Assembly: GCA_040954595.2 (NCBI GenBank)
Contig: CM082579.2
Coordinates: forward strand, 10,157,625-10,221,624
From: Balanoglossus misakiensis
Lineage: Eukaryota > Animalia > Hemichordata
DNA: 64,000 nucleotides
Direction of reading: 5' to 3'
Positions within the stretch are counted from its first letter, which is position 1. Each line of letters begins with the position of its first letter. Shown here in pieces: positions 25,101-39,266 of this stretch. The notes beneath the pieces are model-generated. The model saw only the letters and a list, made by a program, of their open reading frames with translations. It did no database searches and was not told where the DNA came from. The translations under genes and the position numbers were made by a program.

Positions 25101-28100
25101 CTGTCAGAACATGTAAAAGTACAGTTGCTGAACAAGTAAATGTGTATTTTCTCTTTCAGCATTGTTAAAAATGACAGCCGTCACTGAACAGTTAGGTTTA
25201 TTTGACAACCTCACTGCACAATTTGTACGCAGGTTATCGACTCATCTGAACAGTCTGTTCATCCACCAGGTAAATCAAGACTTTGTTGCTATGATGTGTA
25301 AAACTATTAAAACACCATTCAATATATTTCTAAAAGAGAATATTTAGAATGAAGGTATTAATTGCTGGCCAGTAGTTCTTCGGTGCTATTCTGATTACAA
25401 TAATGTTCACCTTTGCAGGGAAATGAACTTGGTGAGACACTGGGCAGGCATTCGTCTGAACTGACTCTACCTAAACACTATTCAAGTCACCGTGATTTAC
25501 TGCCCTACACTGATCTCTTGTTATGGCTGAAGAGAGCTGATCACAACAGCTTTAAACAGTTATTCAAGGTGAGACACTTTGAATTTATTCAGCTGATTCT
25601 GTAGGGTTCATTATTTGTCCAATTTGTTAATTTATGATCAGAATATGAGCGTGATACATTGCCATCGTTCAGGCATTCCTCATGTTCTCATGAACAATTA
25701 TGGAAATAATGGACGACGCCCTGACCATTAACGTTTGTTTGTGGGCCAGGGCGAGGGGAAAGCCAAAAATTCATTGGCGAGGCTTCCGAACCCACAAATT
25801 TTGGCTTGTTGTTATTCTGATATTAAGGGCGATGTAGGCCAAACTGAGTCCTACTCCTAATCCATCCTTTGTACATGGCACTTAATCCACCTTTACAAGG
25901 TTTGAACATGGAAGCTTGAAACAAGCAAAGAACCATTCTACTGTTACTTAGCAAGCTCATTGTGTGTTTTCTAACAGAGTAAATGAAGCGTCTAATCAAA
26001 CCGTTTTAATTCAAGAATGAAATCCTTGCTGCCATGCTGGTGAATCATTCCTCCACTTTCACCTTTTGTCATTCCGACTTTTGATAGAGTTTACTTATTC
26101 AGGTGTATTTTCCTCTTCATACAGTGAATTTTTTATATAACCTACATGAAACTTTTCAAGTTTGTTGACAGCATTGATAATAGCTGATAACATACCTCTG
26201 TATTGGGTAATCTTTTATAGTTATACCCAATGTGTTAGACATATTTTGTTGTTATACTTTTTGTTTTTCAAAATGTGTAATTTTTTCACATTTACTTTCT
26301 CCACATACCTTTTTAATGAAAAGAGCAGAAACATAAAACATGTTTATAATTAGTTTAGAATATTCATGTTAGTACCTTTACATTGTCATATTATTGAAAA
26401 TACTGATTCTTCAGATAATCCTTATGTTGCATATACATGTATGTGTTGCCATCAACACATAGATATTTGAATGAAATCTATTGGTTTATTCCAGTGTACT
26501 GCTGTTAATGGTTATTCACTATACAATACATAACAACCTTGTATGTGGTATACACTATCTAGTATACATTGTACCTGTCAAGATATAAATCCAGAGACAC
26601 ATGGCCATTTGCCTTTTGTCGCCTAAATAATATTGATAGTAAGTTCTTGTATATGCTCAAGGTGCTTGACAAATAAATATTACAAATAAAAACTGAATGA
26701 ACACGAATATCAATATCCTAAGGGAAATTTTTGTAATTTCAGAGGTTAGTGTTGTGATAACAGGTTTAATAGAAACCGATAAAGTGGCCATAATTGATAA
26801 GTACAATGTAGTGTATTCTGGCCTTGGTAACACGACACTCAGACAGTCAGGTGAGTGTGTGGACTCTTCATTGAGTAAAGATCAGCCCATAACAGCTTTC
26901 GCCTTTTGACTGTTATGTCAAAATGCCCTGGAGGGGAACACTTGCACCAGCACCTTACAATGGTAGTCAACTAGACATTACATTGTCAACAACAAAAAAA
27001 CAAAGTCAAACACCTCACTTTACCCTGTGTTTATTCTGTACATGGTAACTGTGTGTATGTTAAATGCTGGGAATGCACACTGAAATGCTGGTATCAAAAC
27101 CATCTCCATGCATGGTTTACAGACTGGAATCTGTCAGCATTTGTACCATGTCCAAGACAGATTTTTGTTTTCATCCAAGGCTCGTATTTTGCCTATACTT
27201 TTTCAGACAATACAAGAGTGCGTGAAACTTGTAAGATTTCTATGAAAATGAGTTGAAATTCAAATGAAAATAAAAATCTGATATCGTTCATTCAAATTAC
27301 ATGTATTATCCATGTACAGTCTATAACTTTAAATATAAAGATAAAACATAGGCATAAGAAATTCTGATTTTATAAGTTGTATATGATCTAATCCAGTCGT
27401 AATGTGATATACAATTCACCTGGAAACATGTGCCCATCATCATAGAGCTAAGATCAGAAATATGCAAGTCAGAATGTACAAAATAAACAATGGAGTAAAT
27501 TAGACTTGCCAGTCGGTCAGAAGTTGAAATTCTGAAAGTTCAATTTACATACTGGTGGCGCGAGTACACTCGTGTCAGCATGGCAGGTAGCAACAATAAC
27601 AAAGTGTAAACATTGCCAGATGTTGTGCTTAGGACACTCAAGAAGTCGGCACCAGCCAAGAAACTTCACTTCAGAGTTGGTGGTAGTTCTCAAGGTTTTT
27701 CTGTGAAATATACGTGGAATTGAATGTTGGATACGATGGTTTTACTCACCTGAATGACAAAGATAGCGGTGTCAGTCGGGGAAGAAATCAGTAAGCTCTG
27801 TAAGACACCTGTGCAGTGTATGAATGGTGGACGCAAGCATGAATAGAACTTAAACATGAAAGCTGTTTTACATAATTAAATAGGTAGTGCACGTTTTGTT
27901 GTCAATAATAGATAGGGATTATCCTGATGGGTTGTTCGGCAATACAGAGCTGGCAAGGTGTCAACAATCAATAGAGACAGTACTTGTGGATTTTTTTTTT
28001 TTTTTGAGGGAAAGGGAAAGTTGGTCTCTTTATCAGTAGAAGAACAGATTACTTTGTTAATTTCAAAATCAAAGTCAGATGAAATGTCATGATAGATCAT

Positions 28101-31100
28101 GTACATTGGTTTAGAAGCAGAATGATTTCTGTGATCCATGACAGCACACCCAAACTCCAAATCCACCTAAGAAGTACCCAGGCACACCATGGGCACATGC
28201 GAGAATTTTAAACATACTTATTATAGTACAAGTATAACAACTGACTCTAATGAGTAGTTCAAGTTCAGGTATTTCTTGTGAAATTTCAATGAACTGTTGG
28301 TGTTACCAAGCTTTCTGTGACCCAGTAGCTTTACAATTTAAATGACAGATTCTTAGTTGATGTCATTATTTATTAAAATCTGTCCAAATCTTACAGCTTT
28401 GCGACATGCTGTTGTGAATACTGAGTCAGTTCTGGCTTAGTGATATTTCTGGGAATGCACATTCAGTGTATGAAACGAGGAAGAGAAACTTGTTGTGCTT
28501 TCACAAGCATTCATTAATATTTAATGGGGAGTCTGTTTCAGGAATTAAAACGAGAAGCTGCTGCCTTTGTTTTCTGTTGAATATGTTGTCACTTGAGGTG
28601 ACACTCAAGAATGTGTGATGTGTATGGGAGCATATTGATCCTTTCCGTTTGTTTTTAGTGAAACAATAATTCACTATTCTTGTGTGTTTATGTGTTGATG
28701 GTGTAATAACTCCTTGAATACCTAGAGTGCAGGACATTTCTGGCACATTTAATTGTTATATACCTTGCTTGTCAGATAATTCCAACACAAATTAATAGAG
28801 ATCTGTAGTTTGTTTGGTATATAGGGTTATATGACTGATGGTAGTCAAGGGGTTAAGGGGTGACGAACAGACCGACACACAAACAAAACTGAAACAGGGA
28901 GACATGAATTGAGATTGATTTCAAGAATTATAATTGCACAGAGCATGATGTAACATGACAAAATTCAGAAATAAAAAACACACATCATTCATTCACTTAT
29001 TTTCAAGAAAACTATAAATTGCGTTATTTAGTGCACATACCGGTACACTTATATGACATACCACAATGCAATTTAAATGTTGTGAAATAAATAATCTGTA
29101 TATTTCCTCAGGTGTACACCACATCTCTGAGTAAATTGTACGACCGGGAGTTCAAGGAATTCTTTGAGAGTGCCAGGATGAGAATACAAGGAAAAGACAG
29201 AAAACTCCTCCCGCACAGAGATTCCAAGGATCGACTCTCAGCCGGCGGATCCTCGGGAGAACTCAACAAAGGAGGGAAAGTTTCCAGTAGAGCCTCGTCC
29301 TTACAAGATGTGAGAGGATCTGATCCGGATCTCAGTGAGAGGCACAGATTTGACAAGGTATGGTGCTTACAAAGTCGTGTATGTTACAACTAGTGTGTAT
29401 GTCCTTGTATTTTGTCAAACATAGTTAACCATAGCTTCAGAATCTCTATTGAAACCTCATCATCAACTCAAGTACTTGTAGACTAGCCCATTAGATGCCA
29501 TTTTCTATTTCTCCTTTTTCATATTTCAATTAAGATTCTCAACTAAATTTTTTTTTTCCCATTTCTTACACTATGTTTCAAATACTCTCATTAATTGTCT
29601 TATCTCAGCTTGTGGTCGTGCTTGCCAAGCAACTAGACTTTGTGCTGTTCTTTTTCTTCCGGAAGCATGCTTATTGACTGACTGCCAGGGCTCCATTTAC
29701 AGCCTACATTGCATACATAGATAAGAAATGACAATTTTTCGATTTTACCGATCGTACATCCTTAATACAGGGCCTTTTTAACGCACCAAATATGGTTTGA
29801 ACCAGAGTGATGGAAGATCATTCACAACATCTCTTTCTCTTTCCTTAGATTTTCCAAAGAGTGCTGTCTGAATTAGAGCCTGTAGTGCAAGCAGAGTATG
29901 AATTCATTGTCAAGTTCTTCCACCTGGGTGTTGACAGTAGCATTCCACTGCCACAAGTAAGTGAATCTTTTTGCATGGACAATACCATTATCATATTTCA
30001 CTATTTCATAGTCGCTTTTATCGCATGTCAGTCAAATGTGCTGATATTGCAATGTGATACTTAATCCTGACCAGAATACACCAGCAGCAACATTCAAACC
30101 CATGTTGTATGCATTTGTAACATTATTTTTTTTTTACTTGATATGATTTTATGTTGGAAATCCTTTAAAATCCTGGTGAAAAGAAATCTCTGCAAGAATG
30201 ACCTGGAAATATTGATTTTAGCCACATAAACTTTTTACAGTTTCAACACAATCACTCGTGGAACTCAACTCTGAGTCCCAGCATTGCGATTGACTTGTTG
30301 TGGCACGTGAATCTTGATAGTTGTATAAAAAAAAGTATGTGTTCTTTGTTTACATCATAGACAGAGGAGAAGCAGTCTGTCTTTACTGACGGCATGAGAA
30401 TGGCTAAGTCAAAGAAACCAACAGAGTAAGTGCCACATGAATTATCATCTTGTTTGCAATTTTATTGCTGTAACCCCAATCCCCCCCCCCAACTTTCATC
30501 TCTCACAGCCCCTCTCACATTCCCATCATCCATTGTACATCCATTGTCATCATCTTTCTGGCACAAGATTCCACGGTTCAGTCCAACTGTATTCCCTTCC
30601 GTTGTCGCCACGGTCCACATCATAGTCAGGTCTACCTCACAACAATCAAACAGTCTCACTGTTTGATTGTTGTGAACTCAAGACACTTGTGCAGTGACTC
30701 TTTTCCTACATTTTTCACATAAGCAACTTTTTCTGTCACCCCAGTCTGTGTCAGCATCTCGAACTGTGTCTACAGATCACTGCCACTGAGACTCCTCAGC
30801 TATGCCATACCTATCTCTTTCCATTGTCTATGTCTTCCTTACACTTTCTTCTCCTGTCAATCAGACTCTCACTAAAAAAATATGATATTTTCCATACTAT
30901 GCAATTGTTAGCAAACAATCTCGCCATTGACAGCAAATACATTCATACTTTATTGTCAGTCAGAGAAAGTCGGAGAAGACTTGCGTTTCTTGTGTTATCA
31001 TATTTGACTGATTTTCCCATTTTTCTTGTGCAACATTTCAGGAAAAAAGTCAACAATGAAGTCAGGTAAGTCAAGTATGAAATCAGTAGAATAGTCAGAT

Positions 31101-34100
31101 TTGTGGGTTTACAATCGTCAGACTTCCTTCAAAATAGGTTAGAGCAGACAGAAAATTCAGGTACTAACAAACACATCTGTCTTTGTAAGTTTTTTGGCAC
31201 ATTACTGGAGTAGAATACAAGATAGGATAGTTGCCTCTTTTATGAACTCTCCTTTACTACACATGTACACCTTTCACACAAAAAATATGCACAAACTTTT
31301 TTATGTATGAGATAACATATTATTGTGTACACATCAAAATCATCATTTGGTAATGTGATGAATTAACACTTTGTACATTTTAGTTACAAGTTTCATCACA
31401 TCATATGACTTTATAAACCCTGCTGTGAAATCATGAAATTGTATTGATACATCTTACGTGTATTTCTTACAGACATATGATGGGGGAGTTATTCCAAAAC
31501 TTGGAAGCTGAATTTGCGGCATTTATTGCTTTTGCTGAGAAACTAGATAGCTTGTGAGTATTATCTTGTATGCACCACAACACCACACAACACAACATGC
31601 ACAGAAACCATCATTTTTTTTCTTGTTTTTAAAATGTGAGTTTTGGATATCCTAAAGAGAAAATTATTGTTAATTTCATATCTTTGCAAGTGCGTATGTA
31701 TATTTATAGATGTAAACTAGACAATATGTCTTCAGATATCATAAGCTTTATCATGCAGCTTAAAAATGTATGTAAAATTGAAGAAAAAATTGCGAAAGCT
31801 AAGGCCAAAATTGCTGCACACATTGGTAAATGGTCACCCCTAATACCGTATGTAACTGCTTGACCATATATTTGGAATTGGAAATGTGTAATTTTTTGTG
31901 TCTAATGTATTTGTTCACCATTGTTCGATCCCAATAAAAACAGTTAAAAAAAGTGAGTTTCAAATGTTATTAGAAAACATATAGTTGAAATATATCACTC
32001 AGTTTCAAGTTATTAGCTAGGTTGAATCTTAGTCACGCTTTATCAATTGTTTTATTTCAGTAATTCAATGTACATGCTGGTTCGTATTGGTCATGAAGTG
32101 ATGGTTGTACAAGACAAAGAAACCAGTCTCTTTCTGAATGTGGTGCTCGCCAATGCATTGGTGCAAGTCAAGAGGATGTTTGATAAATTTATTGTAAGTC
32201 TTTGTACAGACATCTATCAATTACAGTTTGGTTAATTATAATTGGTGTCATCTTAATTGTACACGCATGTATGTCTTATCAAGAAGTATTGGTCGTGTAA
32301 TTATCTTTTCAAATGTTAACTTGAGAAATTGCCCTGCAGATGTTGGGTGCAGTGAAATGAGTCTTGTCTTGTCTTGTCTTGTCTTGTCTTGTCTTGTCTT
32401 GTTTTGTCTTGTCTTGTCTTGTGTGGTGTGGTGTCTACTGTTGTGTTGTTTTGTGTTGTGTTGTGTTGTTTTGTGTTGTGTTGTTTTGTTTTGTGTTGTG
32501 TTATTTTGTCTTGTGTGTTGTTTTGTCTTGCCTTGTGTTGTCTTGTTTTGTCTTGTCTTGTCTTGTGTGGTGTGGTGTCTACTGTTGTGTTGGTTTGTGT
32601 TGTTTTGTGTTGTCTTGTTTTGTCTTTTCGTGTGTTGTTTTGTCTTGCCTTGTGTTGTCTTGTTTTGTCTTGTCTTGTATTGTGTGGTGTTGTCTTGTCT
32701 TGTCTTGTGTGGTGTTGTACAAGGTAAAGACGAATGTAGAGCCACTCACATCTGCATATCTCACATGCAATGCGATATGGTAGTACTGCACTTACATTTT
32801 GTAAAATGCATGCCAGCTTTCTGGTAGCAAAAGACCCAGTCAAACAGTGGCATATAATATGTATCTGCACATCTACACCTCCCTGTACCTGCACAATACT
32901 GAGTGAGCCTGTGTGGAAGGAGTGATGTTGAGGGCATGCTATAGTTATACAAAAACAGTATGCTTGAAAAAGCTGCTAACACCCTGCAAACAAAATATTT
33001 ACTGTACCAACAATCTCAAACCCAAGTGATATTCGATATCTTGCACAGCAAAACCAAATCCGTGCAATAGAGGAAACGAGAGTGTCTAAGAAGAGCAAGT
33101 GTGGAATCATTTCCTTCGTCTACAAGTTTGAGGTGAGTTTTTTGCCCATGTGGCCCTCAGTTATCATTGCATTATGTCGGACGGTGTGTTTTGTCAACGT
33201 GTATGTGGGAGGGGGCTCATATTTCGAGTTATTCTTGGGATAAAATTAAGCCCAGAATGGTACCACCACTTCAAATGAAGGAGTCTATGTCGATGGACGA
33301 TCGTGTCACACACATGTACATGCATGTCAAACAAAAAAGGCTGAAGCGGTTGAGCAGTGTTGGTGGAATCGCTCAATTCACCATAAAACTAAACCAGCTT
33401 ACTGTAGAATTTCATATTCACCTCTGGTAGATTTCTTAATGTTGATAAGTTGTGGCTATTAGTTCTGTAGTGACAAGAGAGAAGCCTGTTGCTCTTCAGA
33501 GAAATAAATGAAATTTAACCATACAAATCTTCTATGTCTGTTGCTGTGGAATGCTTCATATACTGTAAAACACTTTATTTTCGCGAGCAATAAATTTACT
33601 CGAAATACGCGAGAGCCAAAATAGTGTGAAAATAAAAAGTCGCGTAAATTTTTTTGAGGATAAAGATGCAGTGAATGAAATAGGAGAACGCGAAAATTAA
33701 TACTCGCGAAACAGTGGCCGCTCTCGATATCGCGAAAATTTCAACTCTCGAAAATAAAGTGTTTTAAATCCAGCTCAGCACTCAAACATTTACAAAAAAG
33801 TCAATGTAATGTCATTATAGGAGTTTGCAGAGCAGGCTGAGACCATTTTCAAAGGATCAGAGAGGCGTGGCGATCTGGACAAGGCGTACACCAAACTGAT
33901 ACAGGGCATCTATGAATCCGTGGAGAGAGTAGCCATTGAACACCAGAAAACTCCCAGAGATGTCGTCATGTTTGGTAAGTCCTGAGTTGGAAAACGCCTA
34001 CGATCAACTCTGTCTATCGTTGTGATACACCCTGATGCATCAGTAAGCATTGGTTGTAAAACATCCAGAGACACTTTATGTTTTGAAACTTCTGAAAAAT

Positions 34101-36811
34101 CTTCAGTGAAAATGTTAAGTTTTCGAAAAGCCTTCTTCCTGTCTTATAAAGTTATATACAAGTTTTCAGTTTGGATATTATGATCTTAGTTACTGCATTC
34201 ATTTTAAACTCACAGCTGGTATCTCCAGTGACCAACAGAACAATTTTTAGAATTTACAGCAGTGTGTATAACTTATGTGTGAACACTGAATTGAAAAGAC
34301 AATGCAATGTTACTGTCACTTGTTGAACTCTGCCAACTGATGGTCTGGATGAAAATAATTATGGAGCTTTTGAGGCTGTCTAATTTATATTCACCAAAGC
34401 TACCATTTACAATCATTCCTAATCTTTCTTTTCACAGAAAATTTTCACCATCTTTTCGGTAAGTCCAAGGACTCTTGTTATTTAAGTAATGACAGAAGCC
34501 TGATCATGTAAATATTCAAAAAATTATTAATTATTCCTCTATCACATCCTTATATCCTGAATTGATACTCTAATCCAGGTCTGTGTGAACTTGAAGAGCT
34601 TGTTTATGTTCATTTGAGAAGCCTTTTTTTAAAAGTGTATACATGTGAGTGATATTTGAGAGAAAGAGTTCGTTGACCCCTTGACTACCATCAGCCATGT
34701 ACCCACATATACCAAACAAACTACAGATCACTATTTATTTCCACCAGAATTATCTGGTGGCAAGGTATATATAGCAAATACAGTGCCTGAAAATTATGGC
34801 ACTCATTGTAGTCAAGGGGTTCATGCAGTATGGGTAAAAAGATGTAATGGTAAGCAAAAAATCAAAATGTCTCGACTAAACAGCAAATTTTAGCTCTGGA
34901 AAGAAAGTAGCATCAACAGTTTGCCACACAGTCACAAACACTAAAATATTAATTTTTAGCGAGTGATGGTGGTAATTTTCCATGCAATATTTCTTGCAGC
35001 TACTCTGTCCAAACTAAAGATATCTCATCTGGAAAGCGAGAAGAAGGAAGCTAAACAGAAATATGCGGATCATTTACAATCCTATGTGACAACATTCCTT
35101 GGTCGACCCTTGGAAAAACTCAATGTAAGTCATCTAGTGATGTACTATTGCACAGCCTGGAATTCGAGTGTGGTCGAACGTTCATTCACTACATATACAC
35201 ATGGATATTAACATAAATGGTGTCTTGTATCAAACATAATTAATGGGAAAAGGGCAGCGAGAGAGAGACTTTGTCCCTTTAATATGATGAAAGTAAATGT
35301 TCTCAAAGCATTAACAATGACATTTACGCTCAGAGTCTGACACTGCATAATGAACAACATCGACCTGATGACATGACATGTATGAACTGTTGATGTGAGA
35401 CTTTTGCCTCTTTTCATTTCTGTGTAGAATTTCTTTGAAGGCATCGAAGCCCGTGTTGCACAGGGGGTCAAAGCAGAAGAAGTTGGATACCAGTTAGCTT
35501 TCAGCAAACAAGAACTGAGAAAGGTCATCAAAGAGTACCCGGGCAAAGAGGCGAGTCTCCAGTTTCAAATTCATCTGACAGTGTAGCTTCTAGTCAAATC
35601 CAATACATGTAACTACTGTATGCTTGTTGTTTGCTAGAATAAGCTAAAAATCATGTCTAAAATCACAATCATTTAAAGTTCATGTCCGTAGCAACTCGCT
35701 TATCAGGCTCAGATTATATTGCATGATTTCACTAAACTAATCGATTGGTGTCATTGATGTGATCTGAGATGGCTGCCTTACAATCATTTTGTTGTGATTT
35801 TCATATCCAGACTTATTACATGTAAGTGTACTAGCATGATTCATTTGAGGATTATCCAAGTTACAGCCATCTGTCAATTGGGTTGTCCTGAGATTGTTGT
35901 CAGATGTTGTAGTTATGCATGCTAAGTGTTTATCAGGAAACAGTATGTGAGACTTTCTGATACAGAAACACACGTCAACGCTGTTTTGGGGGGCATGCCT
36001 TGACTGATTTCATTCCACCATGATTTCCTTCAAAGTATTCTGAATCTGTTGACGAGCGAGCAGGGACTGTGTCATTGACAATGACTTCATTCATTTGTGA
36101 TTTGTCAGGTGAAGAAAGGTCTCGACCACTTGTACAGAAAAGTTGAAAAGTCACTGTGCGACGAAGAGAACTTACTGCAGGTGAGTTTGTAACACTACGG
36201 GATCTTTCAAAATGTTTGAATAGATGTGGAAGCTAGTGGATTATTTTCATTGTTCAGTTTACATGTAGTTTACTAGGCTCTCACACAACCCAAGGCTGGC
36301 TACAGGGATCTTTACATGTTGTACATGTACACTGACATGCCCTCAACTGTTCGGCAAAGGAGGAGCATCGTGTGGTGACGTGTAGCGAACCTCTCGCCGG
36401 GCACACATATGCAATCAGACCATAAGTCTGCATGGATGGCGAGCAGGGCTGTGAGAAAGTCTATGTAGTTTACGTGATCCCTTAGTTTACACAAACCTTT
36501 CTTTACTCTCAAATTGATAATGATAGTTTAACCCTCTTTGTATCCAATATCAAGTCTAGACTTTTGACTCTAGAATTTTGTACTCAAAAATAGGCGAGCT
36601 AACTGATAAACCTTGATGAGGTCACTTCTATTCTAAGCTTCCTTTGTTTCTCTTTCAGGTTGTATGGCATTCCATGCAAGATGAATTCATTCGTCAATAC
36701 AAGTATTTTGAAGGCATCATAGAGCAGTGTTATCCCGGTGCCAACATTACTCTAGAGTTCACCATAGATGAAGTTCTCCAGTATTTCTCAGACATTGCCC
36801 TCTCACATTAA
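19122..36811 (+). CDS. EXOC1: Exocyst complex component 1 (Sec3), ~870 aa, 22 coding exons plus one candidate alternative microexon
   Basis: N-terminus [20 protein letters not shown]...[12 protein letters not shown], internal [21 protein letters not shown], and C-terminus [53 protein letters not shown] match animal EXOC1. Exons: 19122-19245, 20141-20268, 20555-20650, 20902-20968, 23306-23493, 23836-23961, 24500-24734, 25160-25269, 25419-25568, 29112-29357, 29849-29956, 30361-30425, 31042-31065, 31473-31553, 32061-32193, 33049-33132, 33821-33974, 34438-34458, 35000-35124, 35428-35550 (GC donor), 36109-36180, 36659-36811. Total 2613 nt, all phases compatible. Confidence 0.96.
21651..21668 (+). 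CDS. EXOC1: Candidate 18-nt alternative microexon of EXOC1 (adds GYREEI)
   Basis: tttacaacag|GATACAGAGAGGAAATAG|gttaga; phase 1/1 and frame-preserving. Branch-point-like TACTGAC at 21604, TGC at 21632, and a downstream TGCATG cluster. Confidence 0.6.
   Translation, partial: DTERK
23143..23235. mobile_element. Tiny piggyBac-like MITE remnant
   Basis: TTgACCCTTTCACC ... GGTGAAAGGGTTAA inverted ends with CCC/GGG termini and a TTAA-type target. Confidence 0.5.
23542..23700 (+). mobile_element. TTAA-AGGGACAAAG repeat fragment (Kolobok-like); inverted partial copy at ~35165-35282
   Basis: TTAAAGGGACAAAGTCTCTCTCTC...CATTAATTATGTTTGATACAAGACACC recurs as a reverse complement at 35218-35282. The right boundary is approximate. 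Confidence 0.55.
24247..24459. mobile_element. MITE family A copy
   Basis: TACTGTAAAACGGGTTATTTT ... GAAAATAACTGTTTTACAG. Confidence 0.75.
24752..24962. mobile_element. MITE family A copy (full length)
   Basis: TACTGTAAAACACTTTATTTTCG ... CGCGAAAATAGAGTGTTTTACAGTA; TA at both ends. Confidence 0.8.
32361..32717 (+). repeat. Compound pentanucleotide microsatellite (GTCTT/GTGTT/GTTTT/GTGGT)n
   Basis: Read directly; it accounts for the CLVLS and TRQDK low-complexity ORFs. Confidence 0.95.
33561..33766. mobile_element. MITE family A copy, opposite orientation to the 24752 copy
   Basis: Closely similar reverse complement of 24752-24962; right end truncated. Confidence 0.8.
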
Positions 36812-36822
36812 CACTGACACAG

Positions 36823-36828
36823 AATAAA
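36823..36828 (+). terminator. Candidate polyadenylation signal of EXOC1 (alternative AATAAA at 37456-37461)
   Basis: AATAAA 12 nt after the stop codon; a second hexamer lies ~640 nt further downstream. Confidence 0.4.
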
Positions 36829-37885
36829 ACTGACCAACCCACCTATAAAACGAGACCTTTCCACTACATTGGCGAGGGAAGGATTTTCAGACTTGTTTGC
36901 ATCAACATTTCTCCCCTTGTGTTAGAGGTTACTTTCATGACCCCGTGTGACCTTTACATCCTGGCATTTTGTTTACCATTCTGAGTTTAACTCTGGCACG
37001 GTCGAGCATACCATTGAATTTGTGCACTTGAACTAATCTGAGACAGAGAGCCAAAAAACTTTTGAATTTTTATCTGTTACTATAGAGTGAATGTTGTTTG
37101 TAATTTATATTGAAGGATGTATGATGCCATCCCAACAAAAGACCAGAATGTAAAGTTCACTTAGGGGTCATAGATGTGACGCTCTGTGCTTGCTTATGTG
37201 ATTTCCACCTGACAGAGCCACCAAGTGGCCAAGTCAGAAGAGAACTGAAATCTGCACACATCCTAATATCTCTTGGAGTACAACATGATGGAGTTCAGGC
37301 CATGTATAATGTGATTCAGAAAAATGCTTGTATAGGACTATAAAGAATCTACTGTTATTTTTACGACATGTACTTAAATGCCTGTAGTGTGCAATGCTAG
37401 AAAGTGCAATTTCTTGAAATACCATGTATAAGTAGGTCTTATTTTTGTTGTACCAAATAAATATTGTCTCACTTGTTATACCCAGTACTCGCTGACCGAT
37501 GTTTACTTTATCAACTTAATCTGTGGATGGGGGACACAGATGAAGTCGTTATCAGGTGCTTCATGGGAAATGCGATAGCTTTTATTCTGGATTAGCAAAT
37601 GATAAGACAGGTGGGGAAAATGCAGATCGGCCATTTTGCAGCCCCCTGTGGTATTGGATATAAATACATATGTTGGGTAGGAAACAAGAGCTAACAGCAG
37701 ATGTTGTAACACACCATGCAGCGAACCCTCGATCGTGATTCGTCAATACGCCGTCACGTGACCTTAGTCATTTCGAACTGTTCCCCAGGGCATCATTTCG
37801 ACCAGTTTCTGCCCGGTACTGTTGCCCGGTCTTGACATAATTCCGTGTTTGGTGTGTTACAAAACATATGATGACTGACATATTC

Positions 37886-38028
37886 GGGCAACAGTGTATT
37901 TTTGATGACCTTGGGACTGCCAGTCACACCAAAACAGTCTGTTTTCCCTCGGGCTATGCCCTTGGGAAAACAAGACTGTTTTAGTTGTGACTAGCAGCGC
38001 ACTCGGACATCAAAATACACTGTTGCCC
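37886..38028. mobile_element. Palindromic MITE remnant
   Basis: GGGCAACAGTGTATTTTtGATG ... CATCAAAATACACTGTTGCCC, with internal AAAACAGTCT/AGACTGTTTT symmetry. Confidence 0.6.
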
Positions 38029-39266
38029 TCATTGTCAGTCTCATCATGTGTATACTGATAAATGGGTGGTAGCGCCCTCACAGGCGAACTGTGCAAATGC
38101 ATGACGGGCAAGAGGATCACGTGACTTTCGAGTTGCTGTGAGCCCATGCGGAAGCTCAGGGATTTCATACTTTCGCAACTACAACTGCTGTTGTCTACTC
38201 ACATCAAGCAAGTTGACATCGTAAACGAGAGAAAAAGAATGAACTCAAGATGTACCATAATTAATTGTGCAATGATGTACATGTACAAGTATCCCAATGC
38301 AGGATCGTTTGATTGTTTGTCTGTCTGTCTGTGTGTCTTGCTGTTTGTCTTCAGTGAGTTTCGGTACTGAGTTTCAGTGTGGGCCCACGCGATTACACAA
38401 CTTGCGTTCACTTCACACAAGATATAGTAATTCAAGACAAATTTGATAAAAATATTTATTATGGCATACTTAAGCACATACTCTTGTGGAAAGTCTAAGA
38501 AAATTAGTACAAAACTGCGTAGTGCTTAAAACTCAGGCAACTTTTTAATACAATTGGCGCTCATCCATTTGATTGACAAGTGGTGACGGACCAACAACAT
38601 ATAGCTTGCACGAATTTTAAACCATTAAAATGAAAATCCATCATGTAATGTGTAAAAAAACAGACAGCGGTGTGTTTTGGCAAAACACTTAGACATTTGA
38701 TACCCGGGCTGTTATACAGCATTTGTTAATTCCCAGGTGATCAGACGCTTTCATACATTGTATTTCAATGAACACTGAGTTGCGGAGATAGTCAACGTTT
38801 TCTCTACCCCACCCCCTCCAACACTTGCAAATTTTACGCAGAGCTCCATTATCTTAACTTTCTACTACTTTAATTAAAATACATTTGTTCCTAGACTACC
38901 TCTTCTATTTTACTCTAGTTTCCTTTTGACAAAAAAATTAAGAACGACCACATCTGTCGTGACAGAGATAAGGCTAAAACTTTTCATTAACTTACGTGGA
39001 AACGGATAACACAGAAATAAAAGTTATAGAAAATAAATCTCTTTAGAATGGTTACATCTACGGTCTCTCTCTCTGAACTTATAAAAAAACACATTTCTTT
39101 AAAATATCAGCATCAATTTCCTTCCCTCTATCTCCACATACACACAGGCAGACACACACACACTAACACACGTGTTGTTCTTACTTTCAAATTCATGTTT
39201 TACCCGTGCTCTAGACCTTTGTTTGACTGAACCTTTGTTAACCTTCTTCATAATCGTTAATAACGC

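Noticed and set aside
32228-32894. Several 117-199-aa Cys/Leu/Val- or Thr/Gln/Lys-rich ORFs
   Set aside because: Translations of a pentanucleotide microsatellite inside an EXOC1 intron.
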